Shown in pieces: positions 32,801-43,314 of a stretch of DNA of 64,000 nt. The notes beneath the pieces are model-generated. The model saw nothing but the letters and a program-made list of their open reading frames with translations. It was not told where the DNA came from and searched no databases. This DNA comes from Raillietiella orientalis. Taxonomy: Eukaryota. The translations under genes were made by a program, and so were the position numbers. Numbering within the stretch: position 1 is the first letter of the stretch; each line of letters starts with the position of its first letter. Location of the stretch: contig JAYWIR010000008.1 in NCBI GenBank assembly GCA_036172245.1, positions 2,604,001 through 2,668,000 of the forward strand, in the 5' to 3' direction.

Positions 32801-33584
32801 CGTCCAGGCAGGCGGCACGCAGCTTCGCCTTGGCCCACCCCGTGGCCCCCGGAGATCCATATCCTTGGCTTGCTCCCGGGAGGTCAGGTCTGTCAGCTGT
32901 GACGCCAGGTCTCTGAGGAAGAGCCTGTCTTTCCCGCCGGAGCACGCGGCAGTTGCTCCTTGACGAAGCGCAGAGGTCTCTGGCTCTCTGGTCTGTTGTC
33001 GGAGAAGAGCAGCTCGCCGGTTTGGGAGTCGCGCTCTCGCATGCCCTTGGGCTCGCCCTTCGCCTTCAGAAGGGGCTCGGCGCCTCCCCTCGGAGGCGGT
33101 CATCGTGGATCGCCGTTTAGACAAACTCTCATTCGGGGTTTTTCCCTTGACGATCCCAGATGAGGCGCTAGTAGCAGCGAACAGGTGGGACCGAAAGTTG
33201 GGAACGTCCACGCGAGAAGTCCGGAGGATTTCTCTCCTCGCCCCGAGCTGACTCCCTCGCTACTTGCGGCGTTTTTTCACCACTTGGAGCGCAGACCTCG
33301 GCGTATCACCTGAAGCGGAGCTCAGGTGGGCCCCCTCAAATGCCGGGGAACGTGCGGCTCCCATGCCCTGGAGTGTGGCCTTCCTTCTCCTGACATCAGA
33401 AGCGGTGCTTTACCCCCTTCCTCCGCGCGGCCCGCCATGTCAGATGCAGGGCCGCTCGTTCGCCTCTTCCCTTCCGCGCACCCGCACCCGCTGCGGCGCC
33501 GCAGGACGCCCCGTCTTCCGGGTCCTCCGTCTCCGGTCCTCCTTCTTCAAGATAGGGGGGACCCTGGAAGGGGGTCCGCCATAT
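29900..33584 (-). mobile_element. Heavily decayed LINE (RT domain remnants)
   Basis: Minus-strand ORF 30471-30974 has WMAADEEV (cf. YADD) and VHTLGVPV (cf. YLG). It lies downstream of repeat copy 2 on the same strand. Confidence 0.35.
31960..32090. repeat. (TTC/TCA/TCC) trinucleotide low-complexity tract (poly-E/D on the minus strand)
   Basis: catcttcttttt...cttcctcttcttcttcttcat. Confidence 0.8.
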
Positions 33585-34210
33585 GAATCCAGGAAGGGCT
33601 CGGAGTCCGTTCCTCTCACGCTTGGGGAAGGATCCCTCCCGGACGGGGGAATCGCACCTCCCACCCTGGTTGTCTCCGAAGGGGAACCCCGAAGGGAATT
33701 TCCTTCCTCATTCTCTCCGGAGGGACACCCCCGGAAAGGAGGTGGTCCTCTCCATTTCATCTTCTCCGAAGGGAACCCGAAAAGGATTCGTTAGTAGGAA
33801 TTTCTTCTCCGGAGGGAACCCGCAAGGGAACCGCTCCTGTTCATTCCTCTGAAGAGAACCCCGAAAGAGACGCTTCCGAAATTCAGAAGGGAGCAGGGGG
33901 ATCGCTCTCGCTTGCTTTCTTGCACTCTTCTGGAGAGGCAGCGACTCGGAGGGCCCCCCCCGCAACAGGGGGGATCCGCTCCTTTGAACAACTGGAGAGG
34001 TGCCTGTAAAGCTCCTGCTCCATCTTGAAACCGGAGGGGACCTCCCGGTGTGGGGGATCCACTCTCCGTTTGTACGACAGGAGGGGGAACTCCTCACTCC
34101 TTGATTCCTGGAAGGACCCGAAGGTCGACTCCCATTGTTCGGGCCTTCACCGGGGGCCTCCGGCTTAAACCATCACCAGTGCCACGCCCGAATATTTCGG
34201 CCAACGGTGC
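33585..34210 (-). repeat. Dispersed repeat copy 2 (about 625 bp, two extra internal subunits)
   Basis: Direct repeat of 29264-29815 with an extra segment of about 90 bp (33685-33775) bounded by ctccgaaggg(g)aaccc repeats. Confidence 0.85.
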
Positions 34211-37200
34211 GAGGAGCTGGAAGCAGGGGAGGGAGGAGGGCCCCCCTGCCCCGTCGTCGACTACCGCGTTCCGTTCGCCCTGTGCTCGCGACGCTTAGGC
34301 GACGAGCGAGCTGCGGCGATGCGCGTGACCCCAACCGCCGTGAGCGCGGCAGCCAGATCTTGCCGGGAGGCGACGTGGCGGAGAAAGGGGTCTGCAGGGA
34401 CAGGCTGTCCACTATCCCGGAAGCCGGCAAGCCGGATCTGGCGCTCCAGAAACTGTGACCCCTTCTGCCCGAGGGCGCAGTCTGGAGATCCCACCGCTTT
34501 CGAGGAGCATCTCGCGAGCCTACGCAGCCCGCGGATCTGCACCTGGTCAGTATTCCTCTAACCCCTCCAGCTGCTGCTACGCCGCCGGTCGCCGGGCAAC
34601 GCCAGGGAGGTTGCGGGAGTTGCCGTCCTCAGCAACGAACTGTAGACGGCCGCGCCGCCCGAGGGCTCGACGGTGGAAGGCGATCGAAGGGGCAGGCATC
34701 TCTCTGCAGGAGGTATAAGGCCGAGAATGGGCAGTGGGTGAGACTGGGATGGAGGCGGGTGCTTTTCCAGCGCAGGAGGAGCACCGCTGTCTGACGCGAG
34801 CGGAGGGCGGTCCGCCGCTCCTGTCGAGGTAGGCGCTCTTTTTCGTTTGTTCCTCCGCTTTCCCTCTCGGCGGTGACGCCACCTCCGTCCCGTGGGGAGG
34901 GAGGGCAGCACGCGGGATGCTGACGGAAGCAGAGGGTGCCGGGAACGTGGAGGTCCAGTGGCATCACGGAAGCTACCGGCGAGATCCCACGCGGAGGCTG
35001 GATGGTTCGCCCACGAGGACCGTGGACCAACCGTCTCCGCACGAGAACGGAAGCGCCTCGAAGGAAGCCGCAGCTTCCGGCATCGAAAGCACGGCCTCAT
35101 CTCTTTTCTTCCTCGGTCACTTGCGCACCTTTGGCCTCCCTCCAACCAGAGACCACCATCGGATCTTCCGGTGATGCGCGGTCAGGAGCGAGCCATCTCC
35201 CGGGAGAGCGGGAGACCGCTGCATGCGGAGCTTCGCTTTTCGAGCGCCGCAGCGGCGGGCGGGTGCGAGCGGGACAGTAGGAGCTCACCCGGTAAAAGGC
35301 AGTGCAGTGGTACCTCGGTACTCGTCGGTGATTCGTTCCGGAACTCCTGGCGAGTGCCGAAAACGACGAGTACCGTGGTACGACGGTATTTTACAGCGGC
35401 GGCAAACCTCCTGGGGTTTAACGGAGGAGGCGCTCCAGGGGGCAGGGGACCCCCACGGAATCGGAGAGGCACCCGGGAGTAGCTGCTCCAAAGCTCCTCC
35501 CAAAGAACTGGTGAATCCGCCCGCACGAGACCGGGCTGCACCAACGTGGTCGGTGCCAGAAACAAGTCAGCGAAATGCAGTGGCGTCTCGCCCCGCAGGG
35601 AGTCGCCAACTCACCGTCCCCGTAGGAGCGAGCGAGCGGTGGCAAGAGTCCTGTTAGGTCAGCGGAAGGACACCGCCGGCCCTTCTTCTCTGTGGCAAAA
35701 GCAGTTGCCCGCCGCCGGCACGAAGGGTCTCCTGGGACAAGAGCCGTTTCCTCCACAGAAGCCAGCCCGATCGGCAAGAATGGCGAAAACTGCCAAAGGG
35801 TGGGTTCGGGAGATGCGACGTCCTCCTCGCTGGAACAAAGGATTCTCTACATCCCGAGCCCTCCTCGCGCTGCAGAGAACTGAATTTTCCGTGCAGCACG
35901 CGTTCGGGATCGCACGGGAGATTTTTTTTTAGAGCGGAGTTCGCCGCAGGCAGCGGTACCGCACTTTGCCGGAAGCATCACGTGGTGGGAAACAAATTCC
36001 ACCCCACCCACCCCAAAAAATAATAATCATGCGTGCACATGCATGCGGTGCACGCACGAATGTTCCCATGGAGACAAACATTTACGAATAAAATGCATGC
36101 CCGCACCGCTGAGTTCGTGTTTGCGATGATGGCCGTTCGTTTTGTTTGTTGCTGTTTTCGCGGATGGTTCTTCCTTCCAGAAGAACGCTATGGCGACGAA
36201 GATCCTTGAAGAGTCTCCATATTCACGGACCCGCAACGGGATTCGCCCGTAATCGGTTGTTGCCCGGAAGGATCCGCATGTGGCGGACACAGAAAAACGT
36301 TCCATTCTGATGTGTGATTCGGAATTCTTCGTCGACGAGTGACGTTCCCTGAACTCCATCCGGGAGGTCCCCGTTGGAGCAGGAAGTGCGCCTGCTACCA
36401 CCCTGGGGAACGTGGGAAAAGTTCTAAAAATAATTATAATGACCCGAACTCTGGAGGTTGTTGTGGGTTACCAGGAATAGCGCAAGGGACAGAAATGGAG
36501 CTCACTCGCATCATTGACACCCGCGGCCCGCTGCGGCCCGTCGCGACTGAGAGGCTGCCCACTGCCGAATCAGATGATTTCACAGCCTGCAAAAGAGCAA
36601 GCAATCGAGTCTTCTTCGCAGGTGTCGCGCCCTCTCGTTCGATGCTGTCGCTTCTGCCTGTCCCACCAAACCCTCCCCAGAATCCGGCAGGCCTCTGAGC
36701 TCTGCTTTGGAGGATTCTTGTGAATCCTTCGCCGCAAAGTTCCTCTCGAAAGTTACGAGCAGATGCCTCCACCCTTAAGAATTCATGTGCCGAGGACGGG
36801 CCGCTTCCATCTCCGTCACTCTCGATCCTGCGTCGGCTAGGTGATCTTCTCGAATGGGATGCTGGAGCCCCTTGCCCCCTCTGTAGCCTGAGGACGAGGA
36901 GGGGACGTTGCCGCTGCCTGCTGACGGGCGGCCGCCCAGGGAAACCGAAAAAGCCGCGAAAAACTCAAGAATGCCGTGTCCCCAAGGGCATTGGAGAGTT
37001 ACGGGGGGACCGAGCACTCACTCAAGTCTTGGGATGAAGGAGGGAAGGGCGAGTCCGTCATGGTGCAAGCCGAACGCGGTTGCTTCCGCGATCGGATGAC
37101 GCGTCGCGGGTGGCACTACGAGACCCATCCTCACCGGTAGCCACTTTTCTCGAGGTCGAAAGGTGCGGCACGCCTGCAGCACCGATCGGCAGCCAAGACG

Positions 37201-37609
37201 TCTTGTCCCAGGCGCACCGCGAGCGAGAAGTCGGGGAAGCCTTGGGCGGCTGAAGAACGCATCCCCGAAAAAGCAAAAGCGCGAGAAAGAATCAAAATCG
37301 GCGCAGGCTAATAAACGCTGACGGCCGCCCTCGTGGGCCGCCTTTTGATGGTTCCATCCGGTAAGTGGGAGACGCAGTGGAGGGGCAGCCGGAGGAAGGA
37401 ATGAGCGGAGCCGTGGAGAGAGAGCGAGGATCACAAAAGCAGCAAACAGGCGATGGCAACACTGCGCCGGGTTTCTCAGGAAGCTGCTCCCACTCTTGTC
37501 GTGAAAGATCTCAGCACTTTGGAGATGAAGCCGGTTTGGAATCGCTTCGCGCCGTGGTGCTCTGGTTTCCTCCGCAACCGCTGTGAATCTCTCCTGCTTG
37601 GTGGTGTGC

Positions 37610-37826
37610 TTGTTATTGCTTTTGCCGCTGTTCTTGCTGTTGTTGCTATTACTACCATTACTATTTTGATAACCATCACTGTTATTGTTGCTAGCATTAC
37701 TGTGATCACTTCAACTGTTAGTATTATCGTTATTGCTACTGGTATTGTTTTTATTGCATCCGTTATTGCTATTTTTGTCATCACTATTACTGTCCCTGGT
37801 CATCATCGTTATCACTATCATTATTT
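37610..37826. repeat. Degenerate trinucleotide (ATT/GTT/ACT/ATC) low-complexity tract
   Basis: Period-3 N-N-T pattern such as attactaccattactatt, gttattgttgct. Confidence 0.8.
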
Positions 37827-38149
37827 TGGGCGCTTGAAACGAAATCACGGAAGTGCAGCGCGCGATTCTGATCGAAATCGGCACACTCAATACCAACAAA
37901 GAACTGAAGCTTACGGAGTCGGTCCGCAGATGGGGTTGCAGTGCGTGAGCGGCTGAACGTTTCCATTGAGGGTTGCCCACGAAGCTTGTTCCGGAACTCG
38001 TGTTTGTTAACAAAAAAATAAAAAAACAAAAACAAAGCAAGGCATCCCTGGACTTCCGGCGAAGTTTCCAACGTCTTTGAAAAAAAGCCCTCGATGAAAA
38101 TGAGAAAAACCTTTTGTCTGTCTCAGCTTTTCCTTGGTGAGCACGTAGT

Positions 38150-38826
38150 TCACCCAAAAAGGGCAGCTGGCATTTTCAACGGCCACTGACGAGATCCAAA
38201 AAGTTTATACTCTATGGAGGAGTGAACTTCCGCCGGACAGCCAGGACAACCTCCTGATGTTCCATCACGGAGGAATCCTGAGCGGGTCCAGACTAAAGTA
38301 CTTCACAAGAAGAAGAGGAGACGAAGACTGCCCAGCATATGGAGACACGGATACCAGACTTCACATCCTGACGTGTCCCACATTGCTCCACGACTGGCTG
38401 ATCCTTAAACGGATCATTGGACGCATCACCAGTTCCACGATGGAGATCCTAGCCGGGATGTTTCAGGGGGATGGTAATGTTCCCTGTTACAATCCCATGG
38501 TGAGGACGACCATTGCCCTCTTCATCACTGCCATTCTGGTGCAGTGGTGGAAGATGAGAAAAGCCAGGAGAGCCGCACCTCCGATGGAGATCCTGCAAGG
38601 ACTCCTGAAGAAGGAAATCGGCATAAGAAATTGTGGAAGACGAGCAGCCTGGAGTACAGACTCATCCTTAAGAGGATTGAAGACGACGCCCGGGACCAAA
38701 CACCCTCATACCCACCCTAAGTGCAGAACTTCAGTGAATCCCAAGGACTTCCAGTGAATACAGAACAAGTAGTGTATTGTATGAATGTGACTGTAGTGTG
38801 AATGATATTAAAAAAAAAAAAAAAAA
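38150..38826 (+). mobile_element. 3' end of an L1/Tx1-like non-LTR retrotransposon (zf-RVT-like ORF2 C-terminus, 3' UTR, poly-A); family A
   Basis: ORF 38257-38757 contains DCPAYGDTDTRLHILTCP (decayed C-x2-C...H-x3/4-C) and a downstream WWKMRK motif. It is followed by a short UTR and an A-run at about 38810-38826. Confidence 0.7.
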
Positions 38827-39049
38827 TGAAAATAAATTTACCCCACCCCTTGTGGGACTTGGGGAGAATCCAAAAAGTTTCTACGTTTTCGGTGCGTTTT
38901 CCGCGAATTCCATGACCAGAGGGGAAAAAAAAAAACAAGAATTCCAGAGCTTTCTAGGACGCAAATCTTCTGGAAACGAATGATTCTTCCTCAGAACTGA
39001 CCCACGTCATCCATGGCGGCGACGAGAATGCAGGGACGTAACTGGGATA

Positions 39050-39950
39050 CAAGCATCCCTGAAACACATCAACACTTCAGCCCTCTGCCCCGCCTGCGAT
39101 TTTCGAAACTCAGGCACCACCAAATTCCAGGTCCACTCTCATCGCTTGCACCGAGCACCTCCGGACACAAATCTTCCTCGTTTCCTGTGATCACCTTGAG
39201 CTATTGATAACCCGATCGCCAGGTCGTTCAAATCATCCAAACGAGTTAAGGCTAGAAACGTTTGGAGCGGCAAGAACTTTCTCGTCACCTCCTTGAAGTC
39301 GCATCGGGAAACGCCGGAGAGATATATTCTGGTCCAGGGTTTGAATGAGACGTCTGGAGGGGTGAGGCGAAGAACTGAATCGAATGAAGTCCAGACGCAA
39401 AGGCACAGCCAACGGCTCGTTACCGCAATGTCATTTCTACATAAGACCTGGTCAGCCCCAACGGTAAGAAAACAAACAGACGAAAAAAAAACTGTACTGA
39501 CAGCTCCTCTACCAATTACGCTTCTACGTTGCCATTTCTTGACCACTCTCCGAAGAGAAAATGGTTCATTGGTACAGCATCCTTGATCTCAGAAGTATTT
39601 TGCACACTCAGAAGAGAGGAAAAGCACAACAAATCAACACACGAAGAAAATGCACCCAAGGATTCTGCAACTGTTACTGCACAGTCCTAGAGATTGGCAC
39701 CGAACTGTCGCCAAACCACCACGTGTTAACACACAGTACGCACTTACCGGTCGTAAAACTTCGTATCAGTTCCACGACGCGGATTGGTTCTTGGGAAAAT
39801 CCCTTAAATACTTGTATCTACTTGATGGATTTCCCTTTCTTCGATGAAGAACTCGGTACGTCACAAGCATGGCCACAGTCGAATCCTGAGGTCAACACGC
39901 CGCCATTTCTGGATTGTCCCCAGCCCGGCAAGCGGAGCGGCCAATTTATC
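39050..39950 (-). mobile_element. Decayed LINE ORF2 segment (post-RT region)
   Basis: Minus-strand CRILGCIF and VKKWQRRSVIGRGAVSTVFFSS resemble the Tx1/L1 pattern ILG...W-x-x-R-x-LS-x-x-GR. Confidence 0.35.
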
Positions 39951-40029
39951 TAAGCGACCTGTATACAACAACAACAACAACAACAAGTTGAAGTGCAACA
40001 GGGTCTCGTGTTCTCGACAGCACCGAGCG

Positions 40030-40294
40030 TCGCTTTTTTTTGGTAAGATAGGGAGTTCATGTCTCTGGGGCTTGGCCGATAGGAGATCTTGGGCGTTGCC
40101 CTCACCCTATCCCCAATCTTTTTCAACGTGTGGCGATACGTCCAGGCTGGGGTTCGGCCACAGCTCCTAACGCCAATTGAAGTACTGCTTTCGGAAACTC
40201 CATGGCAGGCGCCGCTCTTCCTGGTTTCCCTATTTTTGCCCTCCTTATCACAACGCTTCTCGATGAAGAAGGCAATTGTGGTTCTTACCATGGG
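40030..40294 (-). mobile_element. Second, inverted copy of the family A LINE 3' end
   Basis: Minus strand encodes PMVRTTIAFFI...IGVRSCGRTPAW, versus PMVRTTIALFI...IGIRNCGRRAAW at 38494-38652. It ends at an A8 run (T-run near 40035-40042 on the + strand). Confidence 0.65.
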
Positions 40295-40850
40295 AGTGTG
40301 GATGAAAAATGCGAAAGGTGCGGCGAGAAGGAAACCCTTCCACACTTTCTGCTGGACTGTGCCGCCCTCCGACCCCTTTGGGATCATCTGTCGACGAAAA
40401 TCCCGGTAGGCGGACCCAGGGACATTTTCAGACGCCTCTTCGCGTGCGGAGCCGCATCCCTAGCATTTCTCTGCTGCGTCCGTGGAGTCGTGGCAGCCTG
40501 GAGCGCGGGAAGAAGAGGCCAGAATGGCAGGGACGCCATCCACTGGGCGCGGATCTTTTTCAAGACCGCGTTCAGGATGGCCCTACCTGGGAGATAAAGG
40601 CTACAGAACTTGTCAGAGGATGCCTCCCGGCGTGATGTGATATTTCTCCTCCCTCCCCTTTCCAAGAAACAACCTTCCCCTCCCCCTTTTCCCCCCTTTT
40701 TTTTTGTGTGTGTTTTTTTCGTGTGGTTTTCCCTCCCCTTTCGCCCGCTGGAGAGGACCTCTCCGGTCTGCGCACAGGTCGCGACAAGTTTTTCGCTCGT
40801 AGCAGAACCAAGTGTCCTACCACATTAGTAATTTCTATAATAAACGCCCT
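40295..40850 (+). mobile_element. 3' end of a different L1/Tx1-like LINE (intact zf-RVT CCHC finger); family B
   Basis: Encodes VDEKCERCGEKETLPHFLLDCAALRPLW (C-x2-C-x4-ET-x2-H-x4-C...W), followed by a pyrimidine-rich UTR and AATAAA near 40838. Confidence 0.65.
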
Positions 40851-41149
40851 GGCGAATCCGGGTTATAAACCGTGGGATCGTATCGGGAAACGTTGCCATC
40901 CCCTTCGAACAATCCCGTCAAAGCCGCCACCCGCGGGCTCGCTCTAGGTCTGTTACCTCCTAGGGCGTTGTCCAGCCCCGCAGCAGCCTTGGTCAGCTGA
41001 GGACGTGCAGCTGTGCTCCATCAGTCCCGCTTGCCTTGCAGAGTTCGTCCCGAATGCTTGATCCTTGGACTGCGCAGCCCCCCCCCTCCCCCTGCGTGAA
41101 ACATAGGGAGGCCGGTCCGAGTGTCCGGTAGCTTTTCAGCCGCTTTCTC

Positions 41150-41600
41150 CGGCGAACCTATCGTTAAATGTAATAATAAAATACAGTAATAGTAGGAAGG
41201 AAAAAAAAATACGATTCGGTGGTGGAACACTTCGTTCTACCACGTGCAATGAACCTGCCAAGGCCGATACGCAGACCGGCGAGGTCAACTCCGGCAACGA
41301 AGGGGGAAGGGGAAAACCGAAAGCAAAAAGGAACATTCGAGTGTCCGGTGGTCAGGCGCTCGGCCCCAGACTGCCTCTCCAGCCCCCCTCAGGTGCACGC
41401 CGCGGAACCCGTAGGCGGCTGGCGAGGACGTCGGCGATTTTTTCCCCTCGTTCCTTTCGGACCACGCGTGGTTTCGTTTCGGTTCCTCCACGTTCCGCGT
41501 GTCCTGCGCGTACATCGTCCACTCGCGTGCTGGCAGTAGCGTCCACCTGCATGTGGTGGTGGCGGCGGCGGTTGCCCCTGCTGGCGAGTTGTTCCCAAGC
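41150..41600 (-). mobile_element. Decayed inverted copy of the family B LINE 3' end
   Basis: 41219-41319 is the reverse complement, with mismatches, of 40725-40822. Upstream minus-strand peptide RVDD..AERGGTETKPRVV resembles VDEKCERCGEKETLPHFL. Confidence 0.5.
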
Positions 41601-43314
41601 TCCACTTTTCAGTTTGGGTCTCCTCATTGTCACGTTTCCTGTGGAACAGGAAGGAAGGTCACTTCTTTGCTGCGAGGCACTCGTTTAAACCGCCATTTCT
41701 GGAACGATCCCCTGATCTACAGGGACCCCCCCCCCCCAAAAAAAAAAAAAAAAACTCTTGAATAAAATGAACTCTTTTCAAATGTAGCTTTTTGGCAAAC
41801 ACCTGTGCGTAGCTTAAGGCGAACCCATTCACGAATCTTCCGAACAGTAATGGGGAGCGTTCGTGCATCGAGGAAGCTCCGGGATTTTCCTCAAGCAAAG
41901 CTGAATGAATTCCACGGTTCCCAATTGCTTAGGCTATTCGTTTAATTGCATAAGGAAGTAAGTAAAATTGTATTGATGACATTAATCGAGAATCTGTGCA
42001 GACTGAATGCACATGGTGGCCATTAAGCCATGATCCACGTATATGTTTAGCGTTTGTTTGCGTGAAAGAGCTGCGTGCTAGAATGTGATTTAGCCCTATA
42101 ATTATTTCGTTCGATTCCTCCCTATCTGATCCTTTTAATAATCCTGCACTGCGGGGGTACGGGAACCGAAGATTCGCTCTTCGGAGGTTCAGCATTGAGG
42201 AGGAATCGGGGAAAGACGCGTTTTTGGAAGACCCTTAAGAGGCTGCGATTTTTCAGAAAATGTTGGATCTGAAGCCGTGGAAGTTGGTAGTGCGTGTGGT
42301 CGGTTCAGGTGCCTTGCAGATGAAAGTGGTTTGGGGTCACGGAGAAGTTTTTTTTTTTTTTTTTTTGTCGAAAAAGCTCGCTAAGGGCATTCTTCCGAAA
42401 TCCATTTGACGTGCATCTGGTTCTCTTGGTGGTGAGAGACTCGGGTCAGAAGTGGCTCGCAAATCCTACGAATTGCCCTCCGGTCGCGCTCTGTGCTGAG
42501 AGACGGTGCGAGTCTTTCACCCAGCGGCGAAAATCTTGCCGAGGTCATCGTCAGCTAGTTCTCCCGGAATCAGGTTCTTCGGTGGTTGATCCTCGAAAGA
42601 GAACTCTAGGTGTTCGAACAGCAGTTTGTTTTCGCGTGTGTGTGTGTGTGTGTGTGTGTGTTCCTGGTCGTGTCCCCGGAGTCTATTTGGAAAAAATGAA
42701 GCACGTAATTGCAAATTCTAATTCTCCTCATCCCAGAAAGTGCTGGCAATTGATTTCTTAGGCCTAAAACCTTCAGCACGTTGATGGCTCTGGTTAGTTT
42801 TGCCCTCAGGTGCACTCCTCATTTCATGTACCCCACTTCAGGGATACTGAGGGAAGCACTTGGCTTTTAAGGTCAAGCCCGTCACAGAGCGTTTTTAGTT
42901 CCGTGGGCTTTTTCAGATGAGTCCTTCGTGGTCTCTATTTAGTGAGGGATTCCTGTAAGGATTCCCTCCCCCCCTCCAGACTGCGTGCTCTCCACCTTCT
43001 GTTGTCTCGTTGAAATTCGGATTCTTTGTTTCCTTTTATGGCGACTTATACTCGGCTTTAGATAAAAATTACCGCCGACTACTGCTCTTTTTTTTTTTTT
43101 TTTTTCTATTTATGATTTTCACGGTCGTTCCCTTATGAGACGTGAAGATAAGATATGGGCAATTCTGTTCGTCGTCACGTTCGTGCTTATGCACCATCCT
43201 AATCAAACCGTGGCAAATTCCAGAGCGCTGTCAGGTCGTTTCCGATTTCAACGGGAAGTTCGTGGAGGGGCAGTGGGCTGACGAAGTTTCGTTGGCGCGC
43301 GTCGACGAAGGACG

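Noticed and set aside
33660..33880. CRISPR-like repeat/spacer periodicity
   Set aside because: Units are degenerate and variable in length, the context is eukaryotic with no cas genes, and the array sits inside a dispersed repeat.
37453..37956. 167-aa ORF with a long hydrophobic I/V/T/A stretch resembling a membrane protein
   Set aside because: The hydrophobic run is the translation of a degenerate ATT/GTT/ACT trinucleotide tract.
38094..38833. atgaaaat as a target-site duplication of the family A LINE
   Set aside because: Short and A-rich, so likely chance; element-like sequence seems to continue upstream of it.
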